From Candidatus Krumholzibacteriia bacterium (GTDB taxonomy: Bacteria; Krumholzibacteriota; Krumholzibacteriia; WVZY01): DNA of 16,681 nucleotides. Below, in pieces: positions 8,484 to 15,349 of the stretch (positions within the stretch are counted from its first letter, which is position 1; every line of letters starts with the position of its first letter). The position numbers and the translations under genes are program-made. The notes beneath the pieces are model-generated. The model made no database searches, was not told the DNA's origin, and saw only the letters and a list, made by a program, of their open reading frames with translations. The stretch covers positions 1-16,681 of the forward strand of contig JBHHVD010000071.1 of assembly GCA_046754105.1 (NCBI GenBank). Direction: 5' to 3'.

Positions 8484-8756
8484 CTAGAGGTGGATCAGTT
8501 TCTCGTCGCCCCAGGTGGAAATCCGCTTGATCATCTCGAGGGGAATGACCTGCTCGACGGACGTTCGCGATTCCTGCTTGACCGAAGAGAACGACAGGGT
8601 GACATAGTCGGCGCCCACGCGATCCAGCTTGGCCACGTAGGTTTGAAAGGTCAGGCCCTTGCCAAGAGCCGTAAGCTTGTAGCTCTCGGGGTTGACGACC
8701 GTTACGTTGCTGCCCACCCATTCCTCGATCAGAGCCCTGAAATTTTCTCCTGCCAT
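8484..8756 (-). CDS. Small hypothetical protein, probable Sm/LSm-like beta-barrel
   Basis: 90 aa with AAAGGAG RBS and its own extended -10 promoter; helix followed by VTVV / YVAKL / DYVTL / IPLEMIKRI strand pattern. The gene call is more secure than the fold call. Confidence 0.8.
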   Translation of the reverse strand: MAGENFRALIEEWVGSNVTVVNPESYKLTALGKGLTFQTYVAKLDRVGADYVTLSFSSVKQESRTSVEQVIPLEMIKRISTWGDEKLIHL

Positions 8757-8801
8757 GACGTTCTCCTTTCACCGTGTCGGGTCCGTAATTGGTTCCCATC
8801 C

Positions 8802-8810
8802 ATTATAGCA
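8802..8810 (-). promoter_or_regulatory. Extended -10 promoter for the 90-aa gene
   Basis: Perfect TGcTATAAT on the minus strand, 46 nt upstream of the ATG, in a GC-rich background. Confidence 0.75.
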
Positions 8811-8844
8811 CATTCCGCCGCGAATCGTCCGGCGCGCCTGCGCG

Positions 8845-10518
8845 TCACTTTCCTTCCATGCCGCCGAGCACGTGCTTGAAGATCGCCTGGCAGCGATCCG
8901 AAACCTCCTGCGCCGTTCGCGTCGCCTTGTCCGCCGTCGCCTTGGCGTAGCCCTTGTCGGCGAGCGCCGGCAGGTTGATCCGCACGTTGAGCAGCGCGCC
9001 GCCCGCGGCCGCTTCCAGTGATTTCGCCGCCACACCCGCGTCGCTGATCGAGTTCCGGTTGCCCTTTCTCGCCACGGTCTCGAGCGTGTCCAGGTAATCG
9101 TGGCAACGGTCGAGCACCGACAGCGGCACCTCCACGGCCCGCTTCGTCGCCGCCTCGACCGCGGCATCCCGGCGGCGCTGCTCTTCGCCCGTTTTCCTGG
9201 CCAGCCTCGTCGCGGCCATGACCTCGTCGAAGGCCCGCGAGTCGTCGTCTACGGCCTTCAGGAAAAAGTCCTTCACCGCCTGCGAGCGGACCGCCGCCTC
9301 CTTCATTTCCTCATCAAACTCCTCGTAGCCCTTCTTGCCGGCCGTCAGATTGGCGACCATGCTTCCCAGCGCGCCGGCGAGCGCGCCCATGAGCGCGGCG
9401 ACACTGCCGCCGCCCGGCACGGGCGAGTCCCGCGAGGTTTCGTGGACAAAACCGTCCAGTGTGCCGCCGGCAAGCGCCGCCTGCCCGGCGACCCGGTACT
9501 CGATGATCTTCTGCCGGGGGTCGAAGGGGCTTATGTCCTCGAGCCCGAGCGACTGGATGGCCGTCTGGATCAGGTCGCTCTCCGGCACGCCGGCCGACCG
9601 TCCCTGCAGGGCGAGGTAGTGCCGGCCCGCGTGCAGCATCGCTTCCAGGGGAATGAGCCCGACCAGCTCGCTCCCCGTGACACGCACCCCGCGCGTTTCC
9701 GCCTGCCGCTTCACTTCGTCGAAGGCGGCCGCGGGAGGGGTTACCTCCATGTTCACCAGGTTGATGGACACCTGCGCCTGCTTGTATTCGTCTATGTACC
9801 ACCCGACGGCCTTACACGCTTTGAGTGTGCCGGGCACCTTCACCGCCTTGCCCTGGGTGTCGCGGATGATCTTGCCGTTGCCGTCGCGCTTGGCGCGGCC
9901 CGCCTCGCGAATGGCGAGCGCGATATCGTGGGCGAGCTTGCGATCGCGGGTGTTCAGGTTGACGTTGTAGGCGATCAGAAAATCCCTCGCCCCGATCACG
10001 GTCGCGCCGCTGCGGGCGTTGAGCTCGGCCGGGCCGAAGTCCGGTTTCCAGTGCGGCTGCGTCATCTTCTCCGCGAGACCCTCGTATTCGCCGGCGCGAA
10101 CGTCGGCGAGGTTGCGGCGGTCGTCGCTGGTGGCCGCGTGCTCGTAGAGATACACGGGAATGCCGAGCTCCTCCCCGACGCGCCGGCCGAGGTCTTTTGC
10201 CAGTTCGACACATTCCTCCCTCGTCACGCCGCGGACGGGAATGAAGGGGCAGACGTCCGTGGCACCCATTCGCGCGTGGGCGCCCGAGTGCTTGCTCATG
10301 TCGATCAGCCGCGACGCCGTCTCGATCGCGGCGAAGGCCGCCGCGACCGCCGCGTCGTAATCGGCGACGAACGTCACCACGGTCCGGTTCGTGTCCTTGC
10401 CGGGGTCGACGTCGAGCAGGTACGCGCCGTCGGCGCCTTCGATCGCCGCCGCGATCGCGTCGATGATTCCCCGATCCCGTCCCTCGCTGAAATTCGGTAC
10501 GCATTCGACCAGGCGCAT
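8845..10518 (-). CDS. ftcD: Bifunctional glutamate formiminotransferase / formiminotetrahydrofolate cyclodeaminase
   Basis: LVECVPNFSEGR, NRTVVTF, HSGAHARMGATDVCPFIP, GARDFLIAYNVN, GSELVGLIP; cyclodeaminase domain SPVPGGGSVAA, GNRNSISDAGV, LLNVRINL. Confidence 0.96.
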   Translation of the reverse strand: MRLVECVPNFSEGRDRGIIDAIAAAIEGADGAYLLDVDPGKDTNRTVVTFVADYDAAVAAAFAAIETASRLIDMSKHSGAHARMGATDVCPFIPVRGVTREECVELAKDLGRRVGEELGIPVYLYEHAATSDDRRNLADVRAGEYEGLAEKMTQPHWKPDFGPAELNARSGATVIGARDFLIAYNVNLNTRDRKLAHDIALAIREAGRAKRDGNGKIIRDTQGKAVKVPGTLKACKAVGWYIDEYKQAQVSINLVNMEVTPPAAAFDEVKRQAETRGVRVTGSELVGLIPLEAMLHAGRHYLALQGRSAGVPESDLIQTAIQSLGLEDISPFDPRQKIIEYRVAGQAALAGGTLDGFVHETSRDSPVPGGGSVAALMGALAGALGSMVANLTAGKKGYEEFDEEMKEAAVRSQAVKDFFLKAVDDDSRAFDEVMAATRLARKTGEEQRRRDAAVEAATKRAVEVPLSVLDRCHDYLDTLETVARKGNRNSISDAGVAAKSLEAAAGGALLNVRINLPALADKGYAKATADKATRTAQEVSDRCQAIFKHVLGGMEGK

Positions 10519-10536
10519 CCACCAACCTCCATAGAC

Positions 10537-10569
10537 AAAAAAGCTCTCCCGAGACTCGCTCGGAAGAGC
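10537..10569 (-). terminator. Intrinsic terminator between the kamA-like gene and ftcD
   Basis: GCTCTTCCGAG-CGAGT-CTCGGGAGAGC (11-bp stem with one G-U pair) followed by TTTTTT. Confidence 0.85.
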
Positions 10570-10627
10570 ATATCACACACCCCCGTCCAACCGGAAGAGG
10601 GCTGATCCGCCCACCGCGTTCCTCCGG

Positions 10628-11767
10628 CTACTCGCGGCCGCCCACTCCGTTGGTTCCCGTCAACAGGTCCTCGACTTCCTGGAGATCCGCTTCTTCATAG
10701 TCGTCGAACCAGCAGGCGTCCGGGTCGCGCTCGAAGATCAAGATGCGCGAATTGTCCTCGTCGCGTGCCGCCCGCAGGTACTTGAAGATGACGTGGGTCT
10801 CCGTCAATCCCGCGATTTCGATCTTGCCCGTGGCGTGCGACATGACCAGGCGCGCACGCTTGGCGAGCCCCGAGCTTCTCGTTCGCGCCTGCTCGAAGAT
10901 CTCGTACGATTTCTCCACCGGCACGCTGAAGGTGTGATTACCCAGGGTCGGCCGGCACTGAAACACGTAGTACGGGGGCACGCCGATATAGGAGAGTTTG
11001 TTGAAAAGCTCGGAGAGCACCTCGGGGTCGTCGTTGATGCCCGCTATCATCGGCGTCTGGTTGACCGTAACGGCTCCGGCCTGCCGCAGAAGCCCGAGGC
11101 CCTCGACGGCTACGCCGGTCAGTTCCACGGGATGATTGACGTGGACCATAATATAGATACGCTTCTCGAAGCTGCTGTACCTGGCGAGCATCTCGAGCAG
11201 GGAGGGGTCCTTCGTGATGCGCATGGGATTGAACACCGGCATCTTGGTGCCGATGCGTATGATCTCGACGTGATCGATCTCGCGCAGTTGTTTAATGATT
11301 CTCTCCAGCCGGCCCGTTGACATGATCAGGGGATCGCCGCCCGTAAGGAGCACGTTCGATATCTCCTCGTGGGCCCGGATGTAATCGATGCCATCTGAAA
11401 CGTCTCTTACGACTTCGTCGTTGTCGTCCATGAACAGGCGCTTGCGAAAGCAAAACCGGCAGTACGCACCGCACACGTCATTTACCAACAGCAGCGCCGT
11501 CGAACGGTACTTGTGCTCCACGCCCGGCGCCACCGTATACTCCGACTCCTGGGAGGCGTCGAGACGGCCCCATTCCTCCAACTCGCTCTCGTCGGGGATG
11601 ACCAGTCTTCGTATCGGGTCGTTCGGGTCTTCCCAGTCGATCAGCGACGTATAGTACTCGTTGGTGCGAAAGGCGAATTTCTCCGCGACCTTGCGAAGGC
11701 TTGATTTTTCATCGCTCGAGAGACCGTCGAGTTTATCGATGCGTGTGATGTACTTAGGTTTTGGCAT
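10628..11767 (-). CDS. KamA-family PLP-dependent radical SAM protein (2,3-aminomutase-like, substrate uncertain)
   Basis: DPIRRLVIP, HKY, CGAYCRFCFRK (CxxxCxxC), VLLTGGDPL, IRIGTK, HVNHPVE, NQTP..GINDD, PYYVFQC, TGK (PLP lysine); GGAGGTGA RBS. Confidence 0.92.
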   Translation of the reverse strand: MPKPKYITRIDKLDGLSSDEKSSLRKVAEKFAFRTNEYYTSLIDWEDPNDPIRRLVIPDESELEEWGRLDASQESEYTVAPGVEHKYRSTALLLVNDVCGAYCRFCFRKRLFMDDNDEVVRDVSDGIDYIRAHEEISNVLLTGGDPLIMSTGRLERIIKQLREIDHVEIIRIGTKMPVFNPMRITKDPSLLEMLARYSSFEKRIYIMVHVNHPVELTGVAVEGLGLLRQAGAVTVNQTPMIAGINDDPEVLSELFNKLSYIGVPPYYVFQCRPTLGNHTFSVPVEKSYEIFEQARTRSSGLAKRARLVMSHATGKIEIAGLTETHVIFKYLRAARDEDNSRILIFERDPDACWFDDYEEADLQEVEDLLTGTNGVGGRE

Positions 11768-11965
11768 GTCTCACCTCCCAGACTCGTGAACGTACCGGTG
11801 CGGCGGAGTGGCAATTCGGCCAGCGGCTCAAAAGGTCGGTGCTTCGAAAAACGACAGGAATCGTATCGCTAGAATTTCTTGTGCCGGGCACGAATCGCGC
11901 TAGAACGCGTGTGACCCTATCAGGCGTGATCAGCTACAGCGATGTGAATAGAAGCCACCTATAGA

Positions 11966-11994
11966 AAGATAGCTGATTTTTGTTCGAAGTGCAA
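11966..11994 (-). promoter_or_regulatory. Putative sigma70 promoter of the kamA-like gene
   Basis: TTGCAC (11994-11989), 17 nt, TATCTT (11971-11966); implies a 5' UTR of about 190 nt. Confidence 0.6.
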
Positions 11995-12079
11995 GCGCTA
12001 TCGGCGTAGCGTGGCGCTATCGCGCGCGAAGTGACGCGCGTAAACCTAAACGCTGCCTGCAAATCCACGAGTCTCGGGA

Positions 12080-12556
12080 TTACCGGTATTGGGTAGCGCC
12101 GCCAAAGAAATACCGCACGCCGATCGCGGCGTTTGGATTGAACTCCGTATCCGGCACGATGTCGAGCAGCGGCACCAGTTCGAGAAAAACATCGAGCGGC
12201 GAGTTCGCCACGAGGTACGTCAAGCCGACGGGAAAGCGGATCCCGAAGCTGTCGTTGTCGTCGAACTTCAGCCGCGCGCCGATGCCGAAGTGAACCGCCA
12301 TCCTGCCCTGGTCGACGTGAATGAGATCGAAGCGGTGGGCCAGGTAATCGGCGTGCAGGTGCAGCGCGTTCTGGTTGCTGAAGGACCACGCCACCGCGCC
12401 GTCCACCGCCGTCGTGGACGACAACCACATCTTGCCGCTGATACCGGTCGGTTCTCCGAGCATGATCCCCAGGCCGAAATCATCCTGCGCCGCCCGGCCG
12501 GGCGCCGCGAACGTCGCGGCGGCGATGGTACATACCAGCAATATGCGTCTCATCAT
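12080..12556 (-). CDS. Small outer-membrane beta-barrel protein (DUF3996-like)
   Basis: Signal peptide, FGLGIMLGEPTGISGK start, alternating hydrophobic strands, GIRFPVGL, PLDVFLELVP, C-terminal GVRYFF beta-signal. Confidence 0.75.
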   Translation of the reverse strand: MMRRILLVCTIAAATFAAPGRAAQDDFGLGIMLGEPTGISGKMWLSSTTAVDGAVAWSFSNQNALHLHADYLAHRFDLIHVDQGRMAVHFGIGARLKFDDNDSFGIRFPVGLTYLVANSPLDVFLELVPLLDIVPDTEFNPNAAIGVRYFFGGATQYR

Positions 12557-12619
12557 GGCTCCTTTCGATCCGGGGTCCCGTCAGGAGAAAGGCATATACC
12601 ACCAGCCCGTCGCCGTCCA

Positions 12620-14071
12620 CTATTTTATGCGCGTCGTGCGCCCGCAGGTCTTGCACGAGACGTGCGACCCCTTGAAGGCGGGGGAAAGCTGCAGGAGCTT
12701 GCCGCAGGCGCAAGCGAATGTTTCCCAACCGCTTCCCTTGCGGGTGTACTCGAGGTGGCGTGGGGCGCTGGAGCCGCCCCCGTCCGGCGTGGCGGTCCCG
12801 CTCGCCTCGGTGGCGGCGCCGACCATGGCCCCGATGGCAGCCAGCTCGGCCACCGGCACCTCGTTCTCGCGGCCGCACTTGGGGCAGGCGATCTTCTTGT
12901 CCGGCAGGTCCGGCGGCAGCTTCATCTTGAGACCGCACGCGCACACGACGAAGGCGTAATTGTTGACCGCCCGCATGAGGTCCATGACGTCGCGCGTCCC
13001 GGCCTTGCCGCCCGTATCCGCCTCGGCGGTGGGCTGCCGGATCTGCACGCGCTCTTGCTTGTGCAGGTGGGCGGCGGGAATCAGCGGCGTCGGCTTGCCG
13101 TGCGTCCTGGAGAAAGCCTTCTGATAGGTGTAGTAGTCGGCGCCCTTCGACATGTAGCGCAGGATCTTGATGCGCTCCTCGATCGGCGGGTGCGTGCTGC
13201 CCAGCGCGGAGAGCTTCTGCCCCTTTTTCAAGATGGGGCTGTGGATGTACATCGGTGCCGTCACCTGGTTGGCGCTTTCCAGCGGAATACTGCCGGCGGA
13301 AATCTTCTCCAGCGCGGACGCAAGTCCGTCGGGGTAGCGCGTGAGCTGGACTGCGGTCGCGTCGGCCAGGTATTCTCTCTTTCTGGAAATGGCGAGGTAG
13401 AGCAGGCGGGCGAAGATCGGCGCGAGGATGGCGAGCACGATCGCGGCCACCACCAGGATCAATTGCAACTGCGGGCTGCCGCCGCCGGGAGACTTGCTTC
13501 GATAGCGCCTCGACCCGGAAGGCATGAACCACCAGCTGCGAAGAAACACCTGCGACAAGAGAACGATGCTGCCCAGCATGATGCCCGCCACCGTCATCAG
13601 CTGCGAGTCCCGGTTGACGAGGTGCGCCATCTCGTGCGCGATAACTCCCTGCAGCTCGTCGCGGTTGAGCCGCGACAGGAGGCCGGCGGTCACGGCCACC
13701 GCGCTCTTTTCCGGCTTGATGCCGATGGCGAGCGCGTTCGGCGCCGGCTCGTCGATGATGTACACCTTGGGCATCGCCGGCAGGCCCGAGGCGATTTTCA
13801 TTTCCTCGACGACGTTGAACAGTCTCGGGTGGACGTCCCGGGTCACTTCGCGCGCGCCGCTTACCTTGAGAAGGATGCCGCTGGCGGAGTTGAGGCTCAC
13901 GAGCGTCATCCCCATCCAGATACCGACGGCGATCACGACGCCGATGACGCCGCCGCGCTCCGGATCGAAGACGTTACCGATCAGGAATCCGAGCAGCACC
14001 AGCAACACCGCCATCCCCACGAACAGCGTCATGGACTTGCGTCGATTCTGGCGTATCAGCTCCCACATCAT
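12620..14071 (-). CDS. htpX: HtpX-like M48 membrane zinc protease with C-terminal tandem zinc ribbons
   Basis: Two N-terminal TM helices, PNALAIG, AVTAGLL, ELQGVIAHEMAH, SRKREYLAD, LASALEKI, STHPPIEERI; extension with CACG...CPKC and CACG...CKTC. Confidence 0.9.
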   Translation of the reverse strand: MMWELIRQNRRKSMTLFVGMAVLLVLLGFLIGNVFDPERGGVIGVVIAVGIWMGMTLVSLNSASGILLKVSGAREVTRDVHPRLFNVVEEMKIASGLPAMPKVYIIDEPAPNALAIGIKPEKSAVAVTAGLLSRLNRDELQGVIAHEMAHLVNRDSQLMTVAGIMLGSIVLLSQVFLRSWWFMPSGSRRYRSKSPGGGSPQLQLILVVAAIVLAILAPIFARLLYLAISRKREYLADATAVQLTRYPDGLASALEKISAGSIPLESANQVTAPMYIHSPILKKGQKLSALGSTHPPIEERIKILRYMSKGADYYTYQKAFSRTHGKPTPLIPAAHLHKQERVQIRQPTAEADTGGKAGTRDVMDLMRAVNNYAFVVCACGLKMKLPPDLPDKKIACPKCGRENEVPVAELAAIGAMVGAATEASGTATPDGGGSSAPRHLEYTRKGSGWETFACACGKLLQLSPAFKGSHVSCKTCGRTTRIK

Positions 14072-14098
14072 GGCAATCGCCCCCGCGAGTTCTCGCGC

Positions 14099-14129
14099 GT
14101 GAACCTGGCTGGTGAACCTAGCTGGTGAA
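14099..14129. repeat. 13-bp tandem duplication across the lemA stop codon
   Basis: GTGAACCTGGCTG (14099-14111), GTGAACCTAGCTG (14112-14124), then partial GTGAA (14125-14129). Confidence 0.75.
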
Positions 14130-14672
14130 ACTGACCTTGGGCACGGCGCGTTCGCCGGCGTCCTCGATTTCGAAGAACTCTTCCTGCGTAAAGTTGAACG
14201 TGCCGGCGATGATGTTCGACGGAAACATCTGGATCTTGTTGTTGAAGAACAGCACCGAGTCGTTGTAACTCTGGCGCGAAAAAGCGATCTTGTTCTCCGT
14301 CGAGGTCAGCTCTTCCTGCAGCGCCAGAAAGTTCTGGTTCGCCTTGAGGTCCGGGTAGTTCTCGACCACCAGCATGAACTTGCTCAGCGCCCCGCCCAGC
14401 TCGCCTTCGGCCGCCGATTTCTCACCCACGGAGTTGGCGCCCATCGCCCGGCTGCGGGCGTTGGTGACGCTGTCGAGTGTTTCCCGCTCGTGCGTCATGT
14501 AGCCCTTGGCGGTCTCCACCAGGTTGGGAATGAGATCGTGCCGCCGCTTGAGCTGCACGTCGATCTGCGACCACGCGTTCTTGACGCGGTTGCGCAGCCG
14601 CACCAGCGCGTTGAAAATGCCGATGAAGTAGAACAGCGCCAACGCGATGATCCCGAGCAGAATCCAGATCAT
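14118..14672 (-). CDS. lemA: LemA family membrane protein
   Basis: N-terminal TM anchor, [53 protein letters not shown]. Start set at ATG 14670-14672 behind GGAGGAGG. Confidence 0.96.
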   Translation of the reverse strand: MIWILLGIIALALFYFIGIFNALVRLRNRVKNAWSQIDVQLKRRHDLIPNLVETAKGYMTHERETLDSVTNARSRAMGANSVGEKSAAEGELGGALSKFMLVVENYPDLKANQNFLALQEELTSTENKIAFSRQSYNDSVLFFNNKIQMFPSNIIAGTFNFTQEEFFEIEDAGERAVPKVSFTS

Positions 14673-14760
14673 TTCCTCCTCCTTTGTGAGGGCGCGCTCA
14701 CTCCGGCGCCGCAGCGGGCCCATCGCCCGCGGGGCCGGGGAGCGGTGTTGGGGACGGTCA

Positions 14761-15156
14761 TCATACCTGGCTCTTGTCCCCGAATATTTGATGCAGCAAT
14801 ATGAAAACCCGGTTGTCGACGGGGAACGTGCCCATGTTGATCACAGCGAGCAGCTCGCCGCGGTCGAACCACAGCCCGTGGTGGTCCGGGCATTTGTCCA
14901 GGCGCACTTTCTTTTCCGTACCGTAGTCGACCTTGTGCAGTTGCTTGCGGCATATCGGACATCGAACCTTCTTTTCCTTTCCCTGGACGTCCGCCGCCAG
15001 GCTCTTCATCAGCTCGTCCTTATTGGCCGCATCGGCGAGCAGCAGCTCCAGTTCCCCGGCGTCCAGCCACACCCCGCCGCAGGCGAGACAGTGATCGATC
15101 TCGACGCCCTCCACCTCCAGCACGACCAGGGGATAGTTGCAGCCGGGGCATTTCAA
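14761..15156 (-). CDS. Tandem zf-TFIIB-type zinc-finger protein
   Basis: Two repeats: CPGC...[18 protein letters not shown] and CPIC...[21 protein letters not shown] start with AAAGGAG RBS. Confidence 0.88.
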   Translation of the reverse strand: MKCPGCNYPLVVLEVEGVEIDHCLACGGVWLDAGELELLLADAANKDELMKSLAADVQGKEKKVRCPICRKQLHKVDYGTEKKVRLDKCPDHHGLWFDRGELLAVINMGTFPVDNRVFILLHQIFGDKSQV

Positions 15157-15202
15157 AACGAGCTCCTTTGTCTCGGGGAACGGGGAAAGTCGCTAACAGG
15201 AT

Positions 15203-15219
15203 AGCAAAACCGCTGCCAA
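15203..15219 (-). promoter_or_regulatory. Putative sigma54 (-24/-12) promoter
   Basis: TTGGCAGCGGTTTTGCT versus consensus YTGGCACGNNNNTTGCW, with exact GG-N10-GC spacing; overlaps an alternative extended -10 (TGcTATCCT). Confidence 0.55.
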
Positions 15220-15288
15220 GGGGAAGCTCGAAGTCGACCCGACTGGTATACCTACCCGGGACGGGGTCGCCTTATTCGACCATGCAAC

Positions 15289-15315
15289 TTAACTAACTAT
15301 GTGACATATGGTTAA
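15289..15315. promoter_or_regulatory. AT-rich inverted repeat, candidate transcription-factor site
   Basis: TTAACTA-N13-TGGTTAA enclosing the near-palindrome TATGT-G-ACATA (15298-15308). Confidence 0.5.
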
Positions 15316-15349
15316 ACGATGCCGTCGCCTGGCGCAAACCGCATGCGTA

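Noticed and set aside
9100..10605. 501-aa plus-strand ORF, and similar long ORFs at 4914-5984, 1979-2728, 6926-7846, 6999-7916 and 12480-13532
   Set aside because: All overlap well-supported genes in another frame or strand and have Arg/Gly/Ala-rich or shadow-like composition.
11768..11970. Lysine or SAM riboswitch upstream of the kamA-like gene
   Set aside because: Only a loose AGGTGGC resemblance; the lysine riboswitch core (AGAGGUGC, AGUA, GAAAGG, CUGUC) and SAM-I motifs (AUCNAGAG, GCAACC, GUGC.AA) are not present in order. Rfam cmscan would settle it.
12089..14128. 679-aa plus-strand ORF
   Set aside because: Antisense shadow of the htpX-like and barrel genes; no recognisable motifs, and long stop-free antisense frames are expected with high-GC codon bias.
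14673..14723. Longer lemA start (and likewise the longer ABM start at 15682)
   Set aside because: Strong RBS sequences sit directly before ATG 14672 and GTG 15652, and family-like sequence begins there.
15289..15317. dif/Xer recombination site
   Set aside because: TATGGTTAAAC resembles the XerD arm TTATGTTAAAT only out of register, and there is no XerC arm at 6-bp spacing.
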